Shown: piece after piece, positions 20,147-30,113 of the stretch
Layout of the letters: each line of letters starts with the position of its first letter
Position numbering within the stretch: position 1 is the stretch's first letter
NCBI GenBank assembly: GCA_963701075.1
Contig: OY969559.1
Span: forward strand, 384,001-448,000
Origin: an uncultured Nitrososphaerota archaeon
Lineage (GTDB): Archaea; Thermoproteota; Nitrososphaeria; Nitrososphaerales; Nitrosopumilaceae
Length of the DNA stretch: 64,000 nt
Reading direction: 5' to 3'
The notes under the pieces: generated by a model
Databases searched by the model: none
Seen by the model: the letters and a program-made list of their open reading frames with translations, nothing else
Told to the model about the DNA's origin: nothing
Position numbers and translations under genes: made by a program

Positions 20147-20866
20147 TTAAGCGTAATCGAGATTTGAAATTATCATCTCATGAATTTGCTGCCAATTTGG
20201 ATCACTGGCGTTATTCCATCTCTCATAGTATACAACATCCTTCAAAGCAAGTCTGTCAAGCCAACCTGCCTTTTCCAAGTCTGGTTTTTCAGCAAAGCCT
20301 GTAACATGCCCAAGACACAGATATGCAACAGGGATAACATGCTCCGGAATGTCAAGAATTTTTTTGAGATCATCGTTTGAAAGTATGCTAACCCAGCCAA
20401 CCCCTATATCTTCGGCTCTTGCTGCAAGCCAGAGATTTTGTATGGCACAACAAACGCTATAAATTCCAGTCTCGGGTATGCTGGACCTTCCTATCACAAA
20501 AGGTCCAAACTTGGAAGGGTCATAGGTAACACAGACATTTAGTGCAGAATCCAAGATTCCTTCAAGCCGCAATGCAAGATATTTTGATCTCTTGGGATCT
20601 TCTATCAGATTAGAGGAACGCATTCTTTCTTTGTCAAAAGAATCTTTTACCTTTCTTCTTGATTCTTTATCTTTGATTAGAATAAAGTTCCATGGCTGTG
20701 AAAAACCCACTGAAGGTGCATGATGAGCTGCATTGAGTATTCTTGATAAGGCCTTTTCATCTATTGGCTCAGAAGTAAAATGAGACCTTACATCCCGTCT
20801 TGAAAATACTGCTTTGTAAAAGCCATCTTTTTCTTCTGGTGAAAAATCACCATTCATAGGTATCAA
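20147..20866 (-). CDS. bluB: 5,6-dimethylbenzimidazole synthase
   Basis: RRDVR, APSVGFSQPW, YSVCCAIQNLWLAARAE..GVGWVS. Confidence 0.93.
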   Translation of the reverse strand: MIPMNGDFSPEEKDGFYKAVFSRRDVRSHFTSEPIDEKALSRILNAAHHAPSVGFSQPWNFILIKDKESRRKVKDSFDKERMRSSNLIEDPKRSKYLALRLEGILDSALNVCVTYDPSKFGPFVIGRSSIPETGIYSVCCAIQNLWLAARAEDIGVGWVSILSNDDLKKILDIPEHVIPVAYLCLGHVTGFAEKPDLEKAGWLDRLALKDVVYYERWNNASDPNWQQIHEMIISNLDYA

Positions 20867-20938
20867 CCCAGAATGTTCGCATATTACTCTTGTTTTTTTA
20901 AAACATTAATAACATGTGCAACAAGGTCGTATTTCATT

Positions 20939-21012
20939 GGGCCGATGGTCTAGCCTGGTAGGATACCCCCCTGACACGGGGGTGGTCGAGAGTTCAAATC
21001 TCTCTCGGCCCA
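20939..21012 (+). tRNA. tRNA-Val(GAC)
   Basis: GGGCCGA/TCGGCCC acceptor stem; CCCCC-CTGACAC-GGGGG anticodon arm; GTTCAAATC T-loop; CCA not encoded. Confidence 0.95.
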
Positions 21013-21257
21013 TATTATTACACTTTACGGGCATCGTTACGATCTGAACTGCATTAGAAGTGAGATAATGACTGGTTGAATCCTCTGCGCGATCAGAGAA
21101 TTATCTTCCAATCTTGCTGTATACAGTTGGCAAGGATTACGTTGTAAGACAGTGTGTTCCTACTCGATTTATCTCTCATACGCGTAATTATGGCATGTCA
21201 CGACTTGTACGCAAAGGTAGCCGTGGATCTGAGTGGTATGTGAGTAGAAGAAACTAC

Positions 21258-21942
21258 ATGAAGATAAAACTCGCAGTTGGTGTGGTAGTAGCTTTGATGA
21301 TGATCCCAGTAATAGCTCAGCACAGCTATGCAGATGGTGACGTGGTAGCCAAGGATTGCACTGCTGTCAATCTGCAGTACAATGAATTTCTCTACAAAGA
21401 AGATATCAATGGAATTAATCAGGCAGCCAGCCTCTATGTTGAAGCATATCCTCACTATAGCATGGGTAAGTTAGCCGGCTATATGGATAATGTCTACCTC
21501 AATCAGCCAGTAGAACTTGCTCAATGTCTAAACGAGTTGGCAATAAACCCTGCATCAGTCAGCTCAACTATCTCCATTGGCATATGGTGCATTGGTGTAC
21601 GACAAAGCACAACTGCAGGGCTACTCGCCTAATTTTCTAAAAGAAATACCTACGCCACAAGTTGATACGATACAAAACGTAGTACAACATCAGGCACTAC
21701 CTGTACAGAAGGAAATTGTTCAAGATCAAAGACAGTCATCTCCTGCAGAGCCAAATCCTGTGCAGGCAGCAGTCAAACCAGTACAGGATACGTCTGTAGC
21801 TATACAGGAAAACCAACAGCAAATTCCTGCAGAATATGTCTCTGTGGCAGTTGTTGCAGCAGTAGCTCTGGGAATAGCCATAGTCTTCTTTGACAAAATA
21901 GCCAAGGATCTAGTTCTGCTTGGACACCACAGAGCATTCTGA
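21258..21942 (+). CDS. Exported protein with Gln/Pro-rich linker and C-terminal TM anchor (apparent +1 frameshift at 21560)
   Basis: Signal peptide MKIKLAVG...; removing C21560 joins both ORFs (..ASVAQLSPLAYG..). Confidence 0.7.
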
Positions 21943-21999
21943 AAAACCCGCCTCTTTCTAGCCCATTTCTTTTTATTTTAATGTCACATGTAGAGTGCT

Positions 22000-22398
22000 A
22001 TGGTAAAATTTACTCCAAAAGAGATCAAGTTTCTAAAGGAAAATGAAGGATGCAGGGTTGCAACAAGCCTGGATGACCATCCACACATAGCTCCTGTAAC
22101 ATGCTACTTTGAGGATGGATGGTTTTATTTTGCAACTGACTATGACACAAAAAAGTATTCAAATCTAAAAAAGAATAAAAATATTGCAATATCTGTTGAT
22201 ATTTACAATCCTGGAAAGCACAAGGGAGTAGTGGTACAGGGCTTGGCAACCTTCATCGAGAAGGGAAGCGAGTTCAAGCGGCTGTATGACATATTTTACA
22301 AAAACTATGCATGGGTAAGGGCCATGCCGTGGAAAGAAGGCGAAGCTCCTTTTGTGAAAATTGTTCCTAAAAAGAAAGTAAGCTGGGGTATCGGCTAG
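22000..22398 (+). CDS. Pyridoxamine 5'-phosphate oxidase-like (PPOX) flavin/F420-binding protein
   Basis: RVAT...PH..P...FYF.T....K..NL..N pattern. Confidence 0.8.
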   Translation: MVKFTPKEIKFLKENEGCRVATSLDDHPHIAPVTCYFEDGWFYFATDYDTKKYSNLKKNKNIAISVDIYNPGKHKGVVVQGLATFIEKGSEFKRLYDIFYKNYAWVRAMPWKEGEAPFVKIVPKKKVSWGIG

Positions 22399-22895
22399 CC
22401 AAGCGTTACATCAAAGTTTTTAGTGATCAAGGTAAGGGTTGATTCTATTGTAACTTGACCTTTTACCTCATACTTGATTGAAGATCCGTTTACTATTGAA
22501 TTGTAGATATCAGATATGTTGGGTGAATCCACAAGCTGGAAACTAGTGTCTGGAACTGTCATGTTGCTTTCTGGGAACAATGCAGGTCTTCCAGCCATTG
22601 GAATGTCCTCTACACTGTAGTGACCCTGACCAACATCTTGGCCGTTTGCATACAGGTCATAATCAATTGTTGAAATGGTAGAGGTGATTGATGTTGGATT
22701 ATAGAGAACGTAATCAAGTTCAAGATTTGCACGGTTGTTGATCTTATCTACGCTAAGCACTTTGATAGTTTGAACACTGACTGTTATCTGTTCTAGTTGT
22801 GGTTGGTATGAATCTGCATATAGAAAGAAGAAAAGCATGAGTGCGCCTAAACCTGCAAAAGCTGCAACCAGTACTGCCTTTTTTGTGTTAATCAA
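22395..22895 (-). CDS. LEA14/WHy-like membrane-anchored protein
   Basis: TM helix; LYNP...IDYDLYANG motif. Confidence 0.65.
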   Translation of the reverse strand: MINTKKAVLVAAFAGLGALMLFFFLYADSYQPQLEQITVSVQTIKVLSVDKINNRANLELDYVLYNPTSITSTISTIDYDLYANGQDVGQGHYSVEDIPMAGRPALFPESNMTVPDTSFQLVDSPNISDIYNSIVNGSSIKYEVKGQVTIESTLTLITKNFDVTLG

Positions 22896-22994
22896 TCTAA
22901 AAGCTACGGGACTTATTGAATTAAAAAACCTTCTCAGATGAATTATTGCTTAATCATGATAATAGATATTATGAGTTAGCTTTGGTATAGAGAC

Positions 22995-23489
22995 ATGCCA
23001 ATTTCTGATGCATTAATTATGTGGGCGCATCTTGTTGCTGCGTCAATTTGGGTCGGGGGCTCCATATTCATAGGAATAGTTCTTGCTCCACTTCTCAAGA
23101 CAATGTCAGACACTGTGGAGGGAAGATTGTCAATTATGATTCGCGTGGGCAGGAAATTCAACAAAATCGCCATTCCTTCTCTACTAATACTCATTGTAAC
23201 TGGAATCTATAATTCCAGCAACTTGCTGGTCAGGCCATCGCTAATACTTTCAACAACATATGGCCAGATCCTTGTAATCAAAGTCATTCTTGTCATAATT
23301 TTACTGGTAACATTTGCAATACATGTAAGGCTGATTCGAGTTGAAATAGAACAAAAGATCGAATCAAGACAATTTTCAGAAGAACTTGTACAGAAAATTC
23401 GCTCAAAAATCATTGCCTTGGGAAGGATTACTGTAATAGTGTCTATTGCCATACTTCTCATGGCTGCGTTATTGCATTCCGGAGTCTGA
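22995..23489 (+). CDS. CopD-family copper resistance membrane protein
   Basis: HLVAASIWVGG and TYGQILVIK motifs; four TMs. Confidence 0.8.
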   Translation: MPISDALIMWAHLVAASIWVGGSIFIGIVLAPLLKTMSDTVEGRLSIMIRVGRKFNKIAIPSLLILIVTGIYNSSNLLVRPSLILSTTYGQILVIKVILVIILLVTFAIHVRLIRVEIEQKIESRQFSEELVQKIRSKIIALGRITVIVSIAILLMAALLHSGV

Positions 23490-24499
23490 ATTTCCAGTAT
23501 TCGTACTTCAAACCCAGAATCAAGCTTTCCTATTCCATATTTGCAGTTTGTTATCTTTGATGCAACAAAGAGGTTTGTCTCTAAATGTTTTGTAATTTGG
23601 TTTACTCGAAAGACCGAGGTCTTGGGAATCAATGAGAGTGGAACAACTAGCATGTCTGACAGAGAAAGGTCTACTCCTAGGCTTGACTCTATGAATTTTT
23701 CTGCAACAGTTTTTCCTATTACTGGTATGTTTTTTTGATAAATTATATCCGATCCAATCACTGATGTATCATCGTGTGAAAATACCAAAATTGAACATCC
23801 CCTGTCTAGGGCATTTTCTTCATTGATAAAATGATCAACCTTGAAACCATTCTCTTCAAGAACTTTCCTGGCACCATCTACCTCTTGCTGTACGACATCC
23901 TTTGGTATGCCGTGGTATGAACAGAGCACCTTTGCAGATTTTGCTGTGCGCCCAAGAAGTGACACCGCCTTGGTGTTTTTACAAGGAAAAATTTCTGTCT
24001 CTATTAATCCTCCGCCCTTTGGATAGTATCCGCGTTTTTTGATCTCAAGTGAAAAATTAATCCCAATCCTAGAAAATGCCTCACCTAGCACAAGTTTTGT
24101 ATAGTCTGCAGTAGGGCTCCACGGCACATCGGTTCCACCGGTAATGGAGATCTTCAATCTCTTTTTAAGAAGTGAAACGACAGGAATCAGAACCTGTAAA
24201 ATTAAAGGAACACTTCCGGCAGTACCTACATCCTCCCTGAGCTCCGTGTCAATCACATCTGATGGAGAAAACCTTAGACTGGTAGAGCCAACATGCAAAC
24301 CCTCTACCTTTGCCTGACAAATTTTTGATAGAATTTTTACTCCTAGCACGTGTTGGGGTCTCAAGCCTGGGACTTTTCTATTGCTGCGAATATTTTCTAT
24401 CTCGACTGGCTTGCCAGTTATTGTGGACAGCGTTACTGCGCTTCGAATTACCTGTCCTCCTCCCTCTCCAAAAGAGCCGTCTATTCTTACTGGTTCCAT
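23469..24499 (-). CDS. rtcA: RNA 3'-terminal phosphate cyclase (C-terminal end inferred; as read the ORF continues to 23207)
   Basis: DGSFGEGGGQ, GLRPQH, GGTDV, GYYPKGGG, HLETN; one extra base near 23494 would give ..ILGNSDSGMQ* and remove most of the antisense overlap with copD. Confidence 0.9.
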
Positions 24500-24606
24500 G
24501 TAGAGTTTGGTGGAATTTACGAATTTAATTGATGGTTCTGTCTATTCTACGGTTGATGGCCGCCAGACAAGCTGCTTTGTGATAAAAATTTGTCATTAAC
24601 TACAGA

Positions 24607-24807
24607 TTAGGCAGAATCTGGTTTATGATCTGAAATGTCGTCTCTTATGGCTGACTTTACCTTCAGCAATAACTCCGGCGGTATTTCAAAATAACCGTGT
24701 GCTTTTGCATGGCTCTCTACCATTACCATAAGTTCTCCTTCTGTTGCTGCTGCGGCACGCCAATCGCAGTTGACTCCTACATCGGAACATCGAATGCTTT
24801 TTGTCAT
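24607..24807 (-). CDS. DUF1059 small metal-binding protein
   Basis: CSDVGVNCDW...EL....HAKAHG motif. Confidence 0.8.
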   Translation of the reverse strand: MTKSIRCSDVGVNCDWRAAAATEGELMVMVESHAKAHGYFEIPPELLLKVKSAIRDDISDHKPDSA

Positions 24808-25001
24808 TGAAGTAATTGCCTTGTAGTGTGATTTGTCCCTATGGCACATAGATTATGTAAAAATCGATTACATATGAAAAAAATTCCAAAGTATGTTTGT
24901 ACCAGCTATCTATAGAGGACTGTAATCTTGGCCAGACAAATTATGGAATAACCGTAAAAACCATTGACAATTTTTACATTCATAAAAAAGATAACAAAGC
25001 C

Positions 25002-25295
25002 ATGCAAAAATTATCACAAGTCAGTCATACTCACAAGATAGCAACTGCTCATCTCATCATAAAGTGCAGATCTGGGAAGGAAAATTGCGTCATTGAACAA
25101 TTAAAAAATATAGATGCCGTCAAAAGTGTCCAGAGAACGATTGGGGAGTTTGATATTTTAGTAAAGGTGGAATCAGATGATTCTGATTCGTTGAGAAGGC
25201 TGATCAAGTGGAAAATAATGAAAAATGATAAAATTCAGTCTATTACCACCTTGATGTGCACTAGAAGATCGTTGTGTGTGATTGTCGAGGAATAA
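25002..25295 (+). CDS. Lrp/AsnC ligand-binding (RAM) domain protein
   Basis: V....GEFDILVKV...I.S.TTL; no HTH. Confidence 0.8.
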   Translation: MQKLSQVSHTHKIATAHLIIKCRSGKENCVIEQLKNIDAVKSVQRTIGEFDILVKVESDDSDSLRRLIKWKIMKNDKIQSITTLMCTRRSLCVIVEE

Positions 25296-25296
25296 A

Positions 25297-25425
25297 ATGA
25301 AAAAGGAACAAAATGCAAGCAAGAGAAAAATCTATGAAAGGCCGCCTTTTCTTGGCCTGACAACAGTCACGTGGGTGTATGGTGATCTCTACATCAAATT
25401 TGTCAATTCTGCAATACCAGTATAA
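25297..25425 (+). CDS. Possible 42 aa small protein
   Basis: ATG 1 nt after the upstream stop: MKKEQNASKRKIYERPPFLGLTTVTWVYGDLYIKFVNSAIPV. Confidence 0.35.
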   Translation: MKKEQNASKRKIYERPPFLGLTTVTWVYGDLYIKFVNSAIPV

Positions 25426-25460
25426 CAAGCACAAAAAGAGAACTTGAGAAATATATTGAA

Positions 25461-25898
25461 TTATTTTCTATAGGACGGCAAGTTAAATTTTATTATGATG
25501 TGAGCAATTTTTGTGGCAAGCGATATGGGGCTGATGTTTTTTGTTGCTGTGACAACGACAAGATTTTCACTGAGAGGAAAACTGAACATGACAAAATTAC
25601 TTTTTGAAAAATGATATTGTATGGGACCGTAAAGGTCATCTAATTCTTCACCTAATGATATATCGAAAAGACATCGACCTAAATTCCTCTCGCTTCTTTC
25701 TTCCCTGCTTATCTTTATGATTCTATCAGAGCCTAGTTTTCCAAGCGTTGAACCCTGCTTGCTGATTATTTCTACTGACTGGATGTTGTTGTTGGAATTG
25801 ATTACTGATCTGCATAGTTTGTCTAGACTAAATGATTTTGTGGTAGAATACACGTTATTCCTATTATTTCCACTCTTTAAAAAGAATGATCGTCTCAA
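25461..25898 (-). CDS. DUF6659 (roadblock-like) family protein, divergent
   Basis: LC..V.....I..V.II.K.G...DD.YG.I.Y...FSFPL pattern. Confidence 0.6.
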   Translation of the reverse strand: MRRSFFLKSGNNRNNVYSTTKSFSLDKLCRSVINSNNNIQSVEIISKQGSTLGKLGSDRIIKISREERSERNLGRCLFDISLGEELDDLYGPIQYHFSKSNFVMFSFPLSENLVVVTATKNISPISLATKIAHIIIKFNLPSYRK

Positions 25899-25942
25899 GT
25901 CATGACATGTAGCGATCAGGTTTATCTTTTTTGAATTTTGCT

Positions 25943-26323
25943 TTATCTAGATTTAGACCATTTTTTCATCCATTGCAAAAGGCTTATCATGGATTCTACA
26001 AGTTCTTGTCCCTTGCTTGTCAGTCTATATTCTACTCTAGGCGGGATCTCATTGTACGATAATCTTTCCAACACTCCACTTTTCTCCAATTCCTTTAATC
26101 TTGTTGCCAGAGTCCTGCTACTCATTCCCTTCAAGGTGTCCTTGAATTGTTTATGTCTCACGGGTTTTGTGGTACAACATAAAGGAATTAGAATCTCAAG
26201 TGTGCCTCTTTTGGTAATTATTTTCCTTATCTTGGCAGTCTCTGCCATGAGAGACAAGGCATCATATCCTTCAAAACCGCACACGTCTTGAATGATAGGA
26301 ATTGTTTTTCTTTTAGTTTCCAT
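25943..26323 (-). CDS. HxlR-family winged-helix transcriptional regulator
   Basis: LATRLKELE..G.L.R..Y.EIPPRVEY.LT.KG signature; Cys-Cys pair; divergent from the ars genes. Confidence 0.88.
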   Translation of the reverse strand: METKRKTIPIIQDVCGFEGYDALSLMAETAKIRKIITKRGTLEILIPLCCTTKPVRHKQFKDTLKGMSSRTLATRLKELEKSGVLERLSYNEIPPRVEYRLTSKGQELVESMISLLQWMKKWSKSR

Positions 26324-26396
26324 CTTTACACCAACTGTAATTGTTTCTCCTTTACAACTTAAATGGTTTACTATCTAAACTATTATCAGAATTAAA

Positions 26397-26819
26397 ATGG
26401 GGTTGTTTGGAAAGCCAAAGCCAAAAAAGAAAGTATTGTTTGCCTGCATAGAAAATGCAGGACGAAGCCAGATGGCAGAAGGTTTCTTTAGAAAATATGC
26501 TCCAGAGGGATGGGACGCAGTAAGTGGCGGAACAATTCCCAAGTCATATGTCAATCCGCTTGCTATACAAGTAATGAAAGAAGTTGGAATAGATATTAGC
26601 AATCAAAAGGCAAAGATATTATCTGAAGATCAAATTCGAGCTGCAGATTTGAAGGTGAATATGGGATGCATAGATACAACAAATTGTCCTTCTCTTGTTC
26701 TAGGTAATTATGCAGATTGGGGAATTGATGACCCTAAAGACAAACCAATAGAGAAAGTCAGAGAGATAAGAGATCAAATAGAAATCAGAGTGAAAGAACT
26801 TGTCAAGGGATTAAAGTGA
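26397..26819 (+). CDS. arsC: LMW-PTP-type arsenate reductase
   Basis: CIENAGRSQMAE P-loop; MGC..CP; W.IDDP. Confidence 0.88.
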   Translation: MGLFGKPKPKKKVLFACIENAGRSQMAEGFFRKYAPEGWDAVSGGTIPKSYVNPLAIQVMKEVGIDISNQKAKILSEDQIRAADLKVNMGCIDTTNCPSLVLGNYADWGIDDPKDKPIEKVREIRDQIEIRVKELVKGLK

Positions 26820-27574
26820 GTGATACAATAAAAGAAAAGGTAAAGGAAAGATACGGCAAGATTGCATTAACTGGAAACTCCGACTGTTGCTGTATGCCTG
26901 GAGAATGCAGTACAAATGATTCTCCTATTGATGCTACAAAAATAATTGGCTACGATCCAAAAGAGTTGGAATCAATCCCACAAGAATCCATTTTAGGTGT
27001 AGGCTGCGGTGCACCAATAAAATTTGCAGATCTCAAAGAAGGTGAAACTGTTTTAGATCTTGGTTCAGGTGCAGGAATAGATGCATTCCTGTCTGCAAAC
27101 AAGGTATCAAAATCAGGCAAAGTGATTGGCATTGACATGACTGACGAAATGTTAGAAAAAGCAAAGACAAATGCACGCAATGGCAATTATACCAATGTAG
27201 AATTTAGAAAAGGGGACATTGAGAAAAATATCCCAGTAAATGATGATACCATTGATGCAGTAATCAGTAACTGCGTGATTAATCTTACTGCAGACAAGAC
27301 AAGTGCATTCAGAGAAGTTTACAGAATTTTAAGAAAGGGCGGAAGAATGGTAATTTCTGATCTAGTAACAGACAAAGAACTAGAACAAGACCAGATCAAT
27401 GCAGAACAATGGTGTAGCTGTATTGATGGAGCATTGACACAGGAACACTATATTGAAAGTATCAAGGAAGCTGGCTTTCATGATGTTAGTGTTCTAGACC
27501 AGAGAGTGTACATGGAAGGCGAGAAGGTAGATGGCAGAAAAATCACCAGTCTTGTAATTAAAGCAATAAAGTGA
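26816..27574 (+). CDS. arsM: Arsenite S-adenosylmethionine methyltransferase
   Basis: GVGCGAP, LDLGSGAGID, ISNCVINL, WCSCIDGA. Confidence 0.92.
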   Translation: MSDTIKEKVKERYGKIALTGNSDCCCMPGECSTNDSPIDATKIIGYDPKELESIPQESILGVGCGAPIKFADLKEGETVLDLGSGAGIDAFLSANKVSKSGKVIGIDMTDEMLEKAKTNARNGNYTNVEFRKGDIEKNIPVNDDTIDAVISNCVINLTADKTSAFREVYRILRKGGRMVISDLVTDKELEQDQINAEQWCSCIDGALTQEHYIESIKEAGFHDVSVLDQRVYMEGEKVDGRKITSLVIKAIK

Positions 27575-28002
27575 GTGTTATGAATTTTTTCGAGCAGTCA
27601 AAGGACCAAAAAAAGATCCTATTTGTTTGTGTTGAAAACGCAGGACGAAGCCAGATGGCAGAGGGTTTCTTTAGAAAGTATGCTCCAAATGGATATGAGG
27701 CAATAAGTGCTGGAACAAAACCCACACCAGAGATAAATCCTGTTGCAGTAGAGGCAATGAAAGAAATTGGAATCGACCTTAGCAAACAGAAACCAAAGAT
27801 GCTAACTAGTGAAATTATTTCAGATTCAATTCTGAGCGTAAATATGGGCTGCATGGATAAAATTGAGTGCCCTGCAGTTTTTATGAAAAACTCTGTTGAC
27901 TGGGATATCGAAGACCCCAAAGGAAAGCCCATTGAGAAAGTGCGCGAGATAAGAGACCACATTGAACTAAAGGTAAGACAACTTTGCAAAACTCTAGAAT
28001 AA
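27571..28002 (+). CDS. arsC: LMW-PTP-type arsenate reductase, second copy
   Basis: CVENAGRSQMAE; MGC..CP; W.IEDP. Confidence 0.88.
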   Translation: MSVMNFFEQSKDQKKILFVCVENAGRSQMAEGFFRKYAPNGYEAISAGTKPTPEINPVAVEAMKEIGIDLSKQKPKMLTSEIISDSILSVNMGCMDKIECPAVFMKNSVDWDIEDPKGKPIEKVREIRDHIELKVRQLCKTLE

Positions 28003-28667
28003 CAAATAGGCTGTCCTCTAACCAAAAGAGGTTTTTTGCTGAGATCATTGGCACATTTGTAATAGTTGTCGCTGCAACAGGCTCTGTAGTTCTTGACGCA
28101 AAATATGTTGGCACATTTGGCTTGTGGTTTGTAGCACTTGCTCCCGCTGTTGCAGTTGCTCTGATGGTCTATGCGTTTGGAAAAATATCCCTGGCTCACT
28201 TTAATCCTGCTGTCACGGTTGGATTTTTAATTACAAAACACATGCCAAAAAGGCTTTTAGCTTTGTATTTTGCAGCTGAAATAATCGGTGCCTTGCTTGG
28301 AAGTGTCTTTGTAAAATATGCAATAGGTACAGAGGCAAACCTCGGCGCAAATTCACCAGATTATCATTTTCCAATTCCACTCATAATTGGCACTGAAGCT
28401 CTGGCTACTGCACTATTGATGGCAGTGATTCTGGCAGTTGTTCACACAAGGGGGCTCAAGGGCTTTGGCGGAATTGCAATAGGGGCTATGATAGGACTTG
28501 ACATCTTCTTTTTGTCATTTATCTCAGGTGCCTCAATGAATCCTGCTAGATCTTTGGCACCAGCCATAGTGTCTGGATATATCAATGATCTATGGCTATA
28601 CTTGACTGCAACTTTCATAGGAGCTGGCATAGTAGCTTGCATCTACCGAAGAAGATTTGTAAAATAA
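27984..28667 (+). CDS. MIP/aquaporin channel, probable arsenite channel
   Basis: HFNPAVT and MNPARS NPA boxes; overlaps arsC2. Confidence 0.9.
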   Translation: MQNSRITNRLSSNQKRFFAEIIGTFVIVVAATGSVVLDAKYVGTFGLWFVALAPAVAVALMVYAFGKISLAHFNPAVTVGFLITKHMPKRLLALYFAAEIIGALLGSVFVKYAIGTEANLGANSPDYHFPIPLIIGTEALATALLMAVILAVVHTRGLKGFGGIAIGAMIGLDIFFLSFISGASMNPARSLAPAIVSGYINDLWLYLTATFIGAGIVACIYRRRFVK

Positions 28668-28700
28668 CAGTCAAAAAAATCAGAATTTTATCTTATGAAA

Positions 28701-28753
28701 TATGGGGGAGTAGGTCTACTGGATAATAAAATGGAAAGTGATCACAGTAGACC
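28701..28753 (+). repeat. Dispersed hairpin element, copy 1
   Basis: GGTCTACTG-23nt-CAGTAGACC; near-identical to the reverse complement of 31909-31962. Confidence 0.85.
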
Positions 28754-28889
28754 ATACAACCATCTCGTGTCATAATTATCTAAGGATATGCTATAGTTTT
28801 TCGTATACTTCATAGATCTATGTAACTATCATAGGTGGATACGTTCTATACGGTGAACCCTTTTCATAGCCAAAATCAACTCTATAGAT

Positions 28890-29297
28890 ATGACAACAGA
28901 AACTCTTGAACATCAACAGCCATTGGATATTCTCTGCAAGCAAGTTTCAAGTATTGATGATCGCATTGAGCTAGTAGCCATCATAAATCGCAAGGGCAGA
29001 GTTATAGAAATGACTGCCAGAGATGATGGAATAAACAAAGATCTAACACCACACAAGAGAGAGATGTTGTTCATGGAGTTTGTGCTCCAGGCATCCATGA
29101 ACGGGGAATATGATGATGAATTTGGCAAAGTCAAGGGCCTGATTTTACAAAGAGAAAAGGTATCGGCATTCTCATTTCAGATATATGACTGCCTTTTGAT
29201 AGCCATAACCAAGCCGGTGCCTGAGCCAACAGTGATACAACAAAGGATTGCAGAAATAATTTTCAACCATACCAAATTAGAGTTGCCAGTAAACTAG
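28890..29297 (+). CDS. DUF6659 (roadblock-like) family protein
   Basis: LC..V..ID..I....IIN.KGR...YDDEFG.V......REKV..FSF. Confidence 0.75.
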   Translation: MTTETLEHQQPLDILCKQVSSIDDRIELVAIINRKGRVIEMTARDDGINKDLTPHKREMLFMEFVLQASMNGEYDDEFGKVKGLILQREKVSAFSFQIYDCLLIAITKPVPEPTVIQQRIAEIIFNHTKLELPVN

Positions 29298-30065
29298 CTA
29301 GGCATTAGAATAATTCTTGAGAACACAAACAAGGCAACTGCAACTAGCACAATTCCGATGATGGTCTTTAGTTTTCCTGCACTGAATTTGTTTGTAAATT
29401 TTGCACCGATATCAGCTTCCCATCATGGCAGTAGGGCCCATTACAGCTAAAGTGAGGTAGTCGACCTCGTTATGTATGAGATGACCCAAAAGGCCAAATG
29501 CTCCCATTATGGTAGCTGCAGCAAGATTGGTGCCAACTGCAACTTTGGGCTCCATTTTTAACACTGAAATCATTGCTGGCATACGAATACTTCCCAATAC
29601 CAATCCAACAAGACCCCCAAGAAATCCAATTCCAAAACCGATGAGACACTCGATGAAAATGGAATGTCTTTTCTGATTTTCATTTTGCTTTTTTTCTTTT
29701 CGAGAACCTGAAATTAAGACATAGGCTTCATACGAAACAATTATTCCAATTATTGAGAGCAACAAGTTTACGGGTGCAAGCTTGGTGACAAGGGAGCCAA
29801 GAAAGGCACCAACAGCACCTGTTGATGCCATGATTGCAAAGATCTGAAGATGAATGTTGTTTTGTCTCCAATGCCTTACTGCTGCAGTAAGGGCTCCAAG
29901 CGTACTTATGCCTATGTTAGTTCCGGCAGTAACACTTGCTGAAATCTCGGTTCCCAAAATTAGAGGAAAACGAACAACTCCTAAGACCAGTCCTGCAAGA
30001 CCTCCAACAAAACCTATGACAAGGCCTAGGACTCCAAGAAGAATCAGTGGAAAAGCGTCAGTCAA
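29294..30065 (-). CDS. TauE/SafE (TSUP) family permease (apparent +1 frameshift at 29413)
   Basis: Duplicated G..GGL.GL.LG..R.P and AGTN motifs; removing C29413 restores ..MGSYIGAKFT...IILMPS*. Confidence 0.85.
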
Positions 30066-30113
30066 TTTTGTAACCTGTTGTAGAACCTAATTTAAAAATA
30101 AAGAAGGGGGAGT

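Noticed and set aside
20939-21100. tRNA-Val as integration site for the accessory island
   Set aside because: No duplicated tRNA 3' end or integrase noticed in the window
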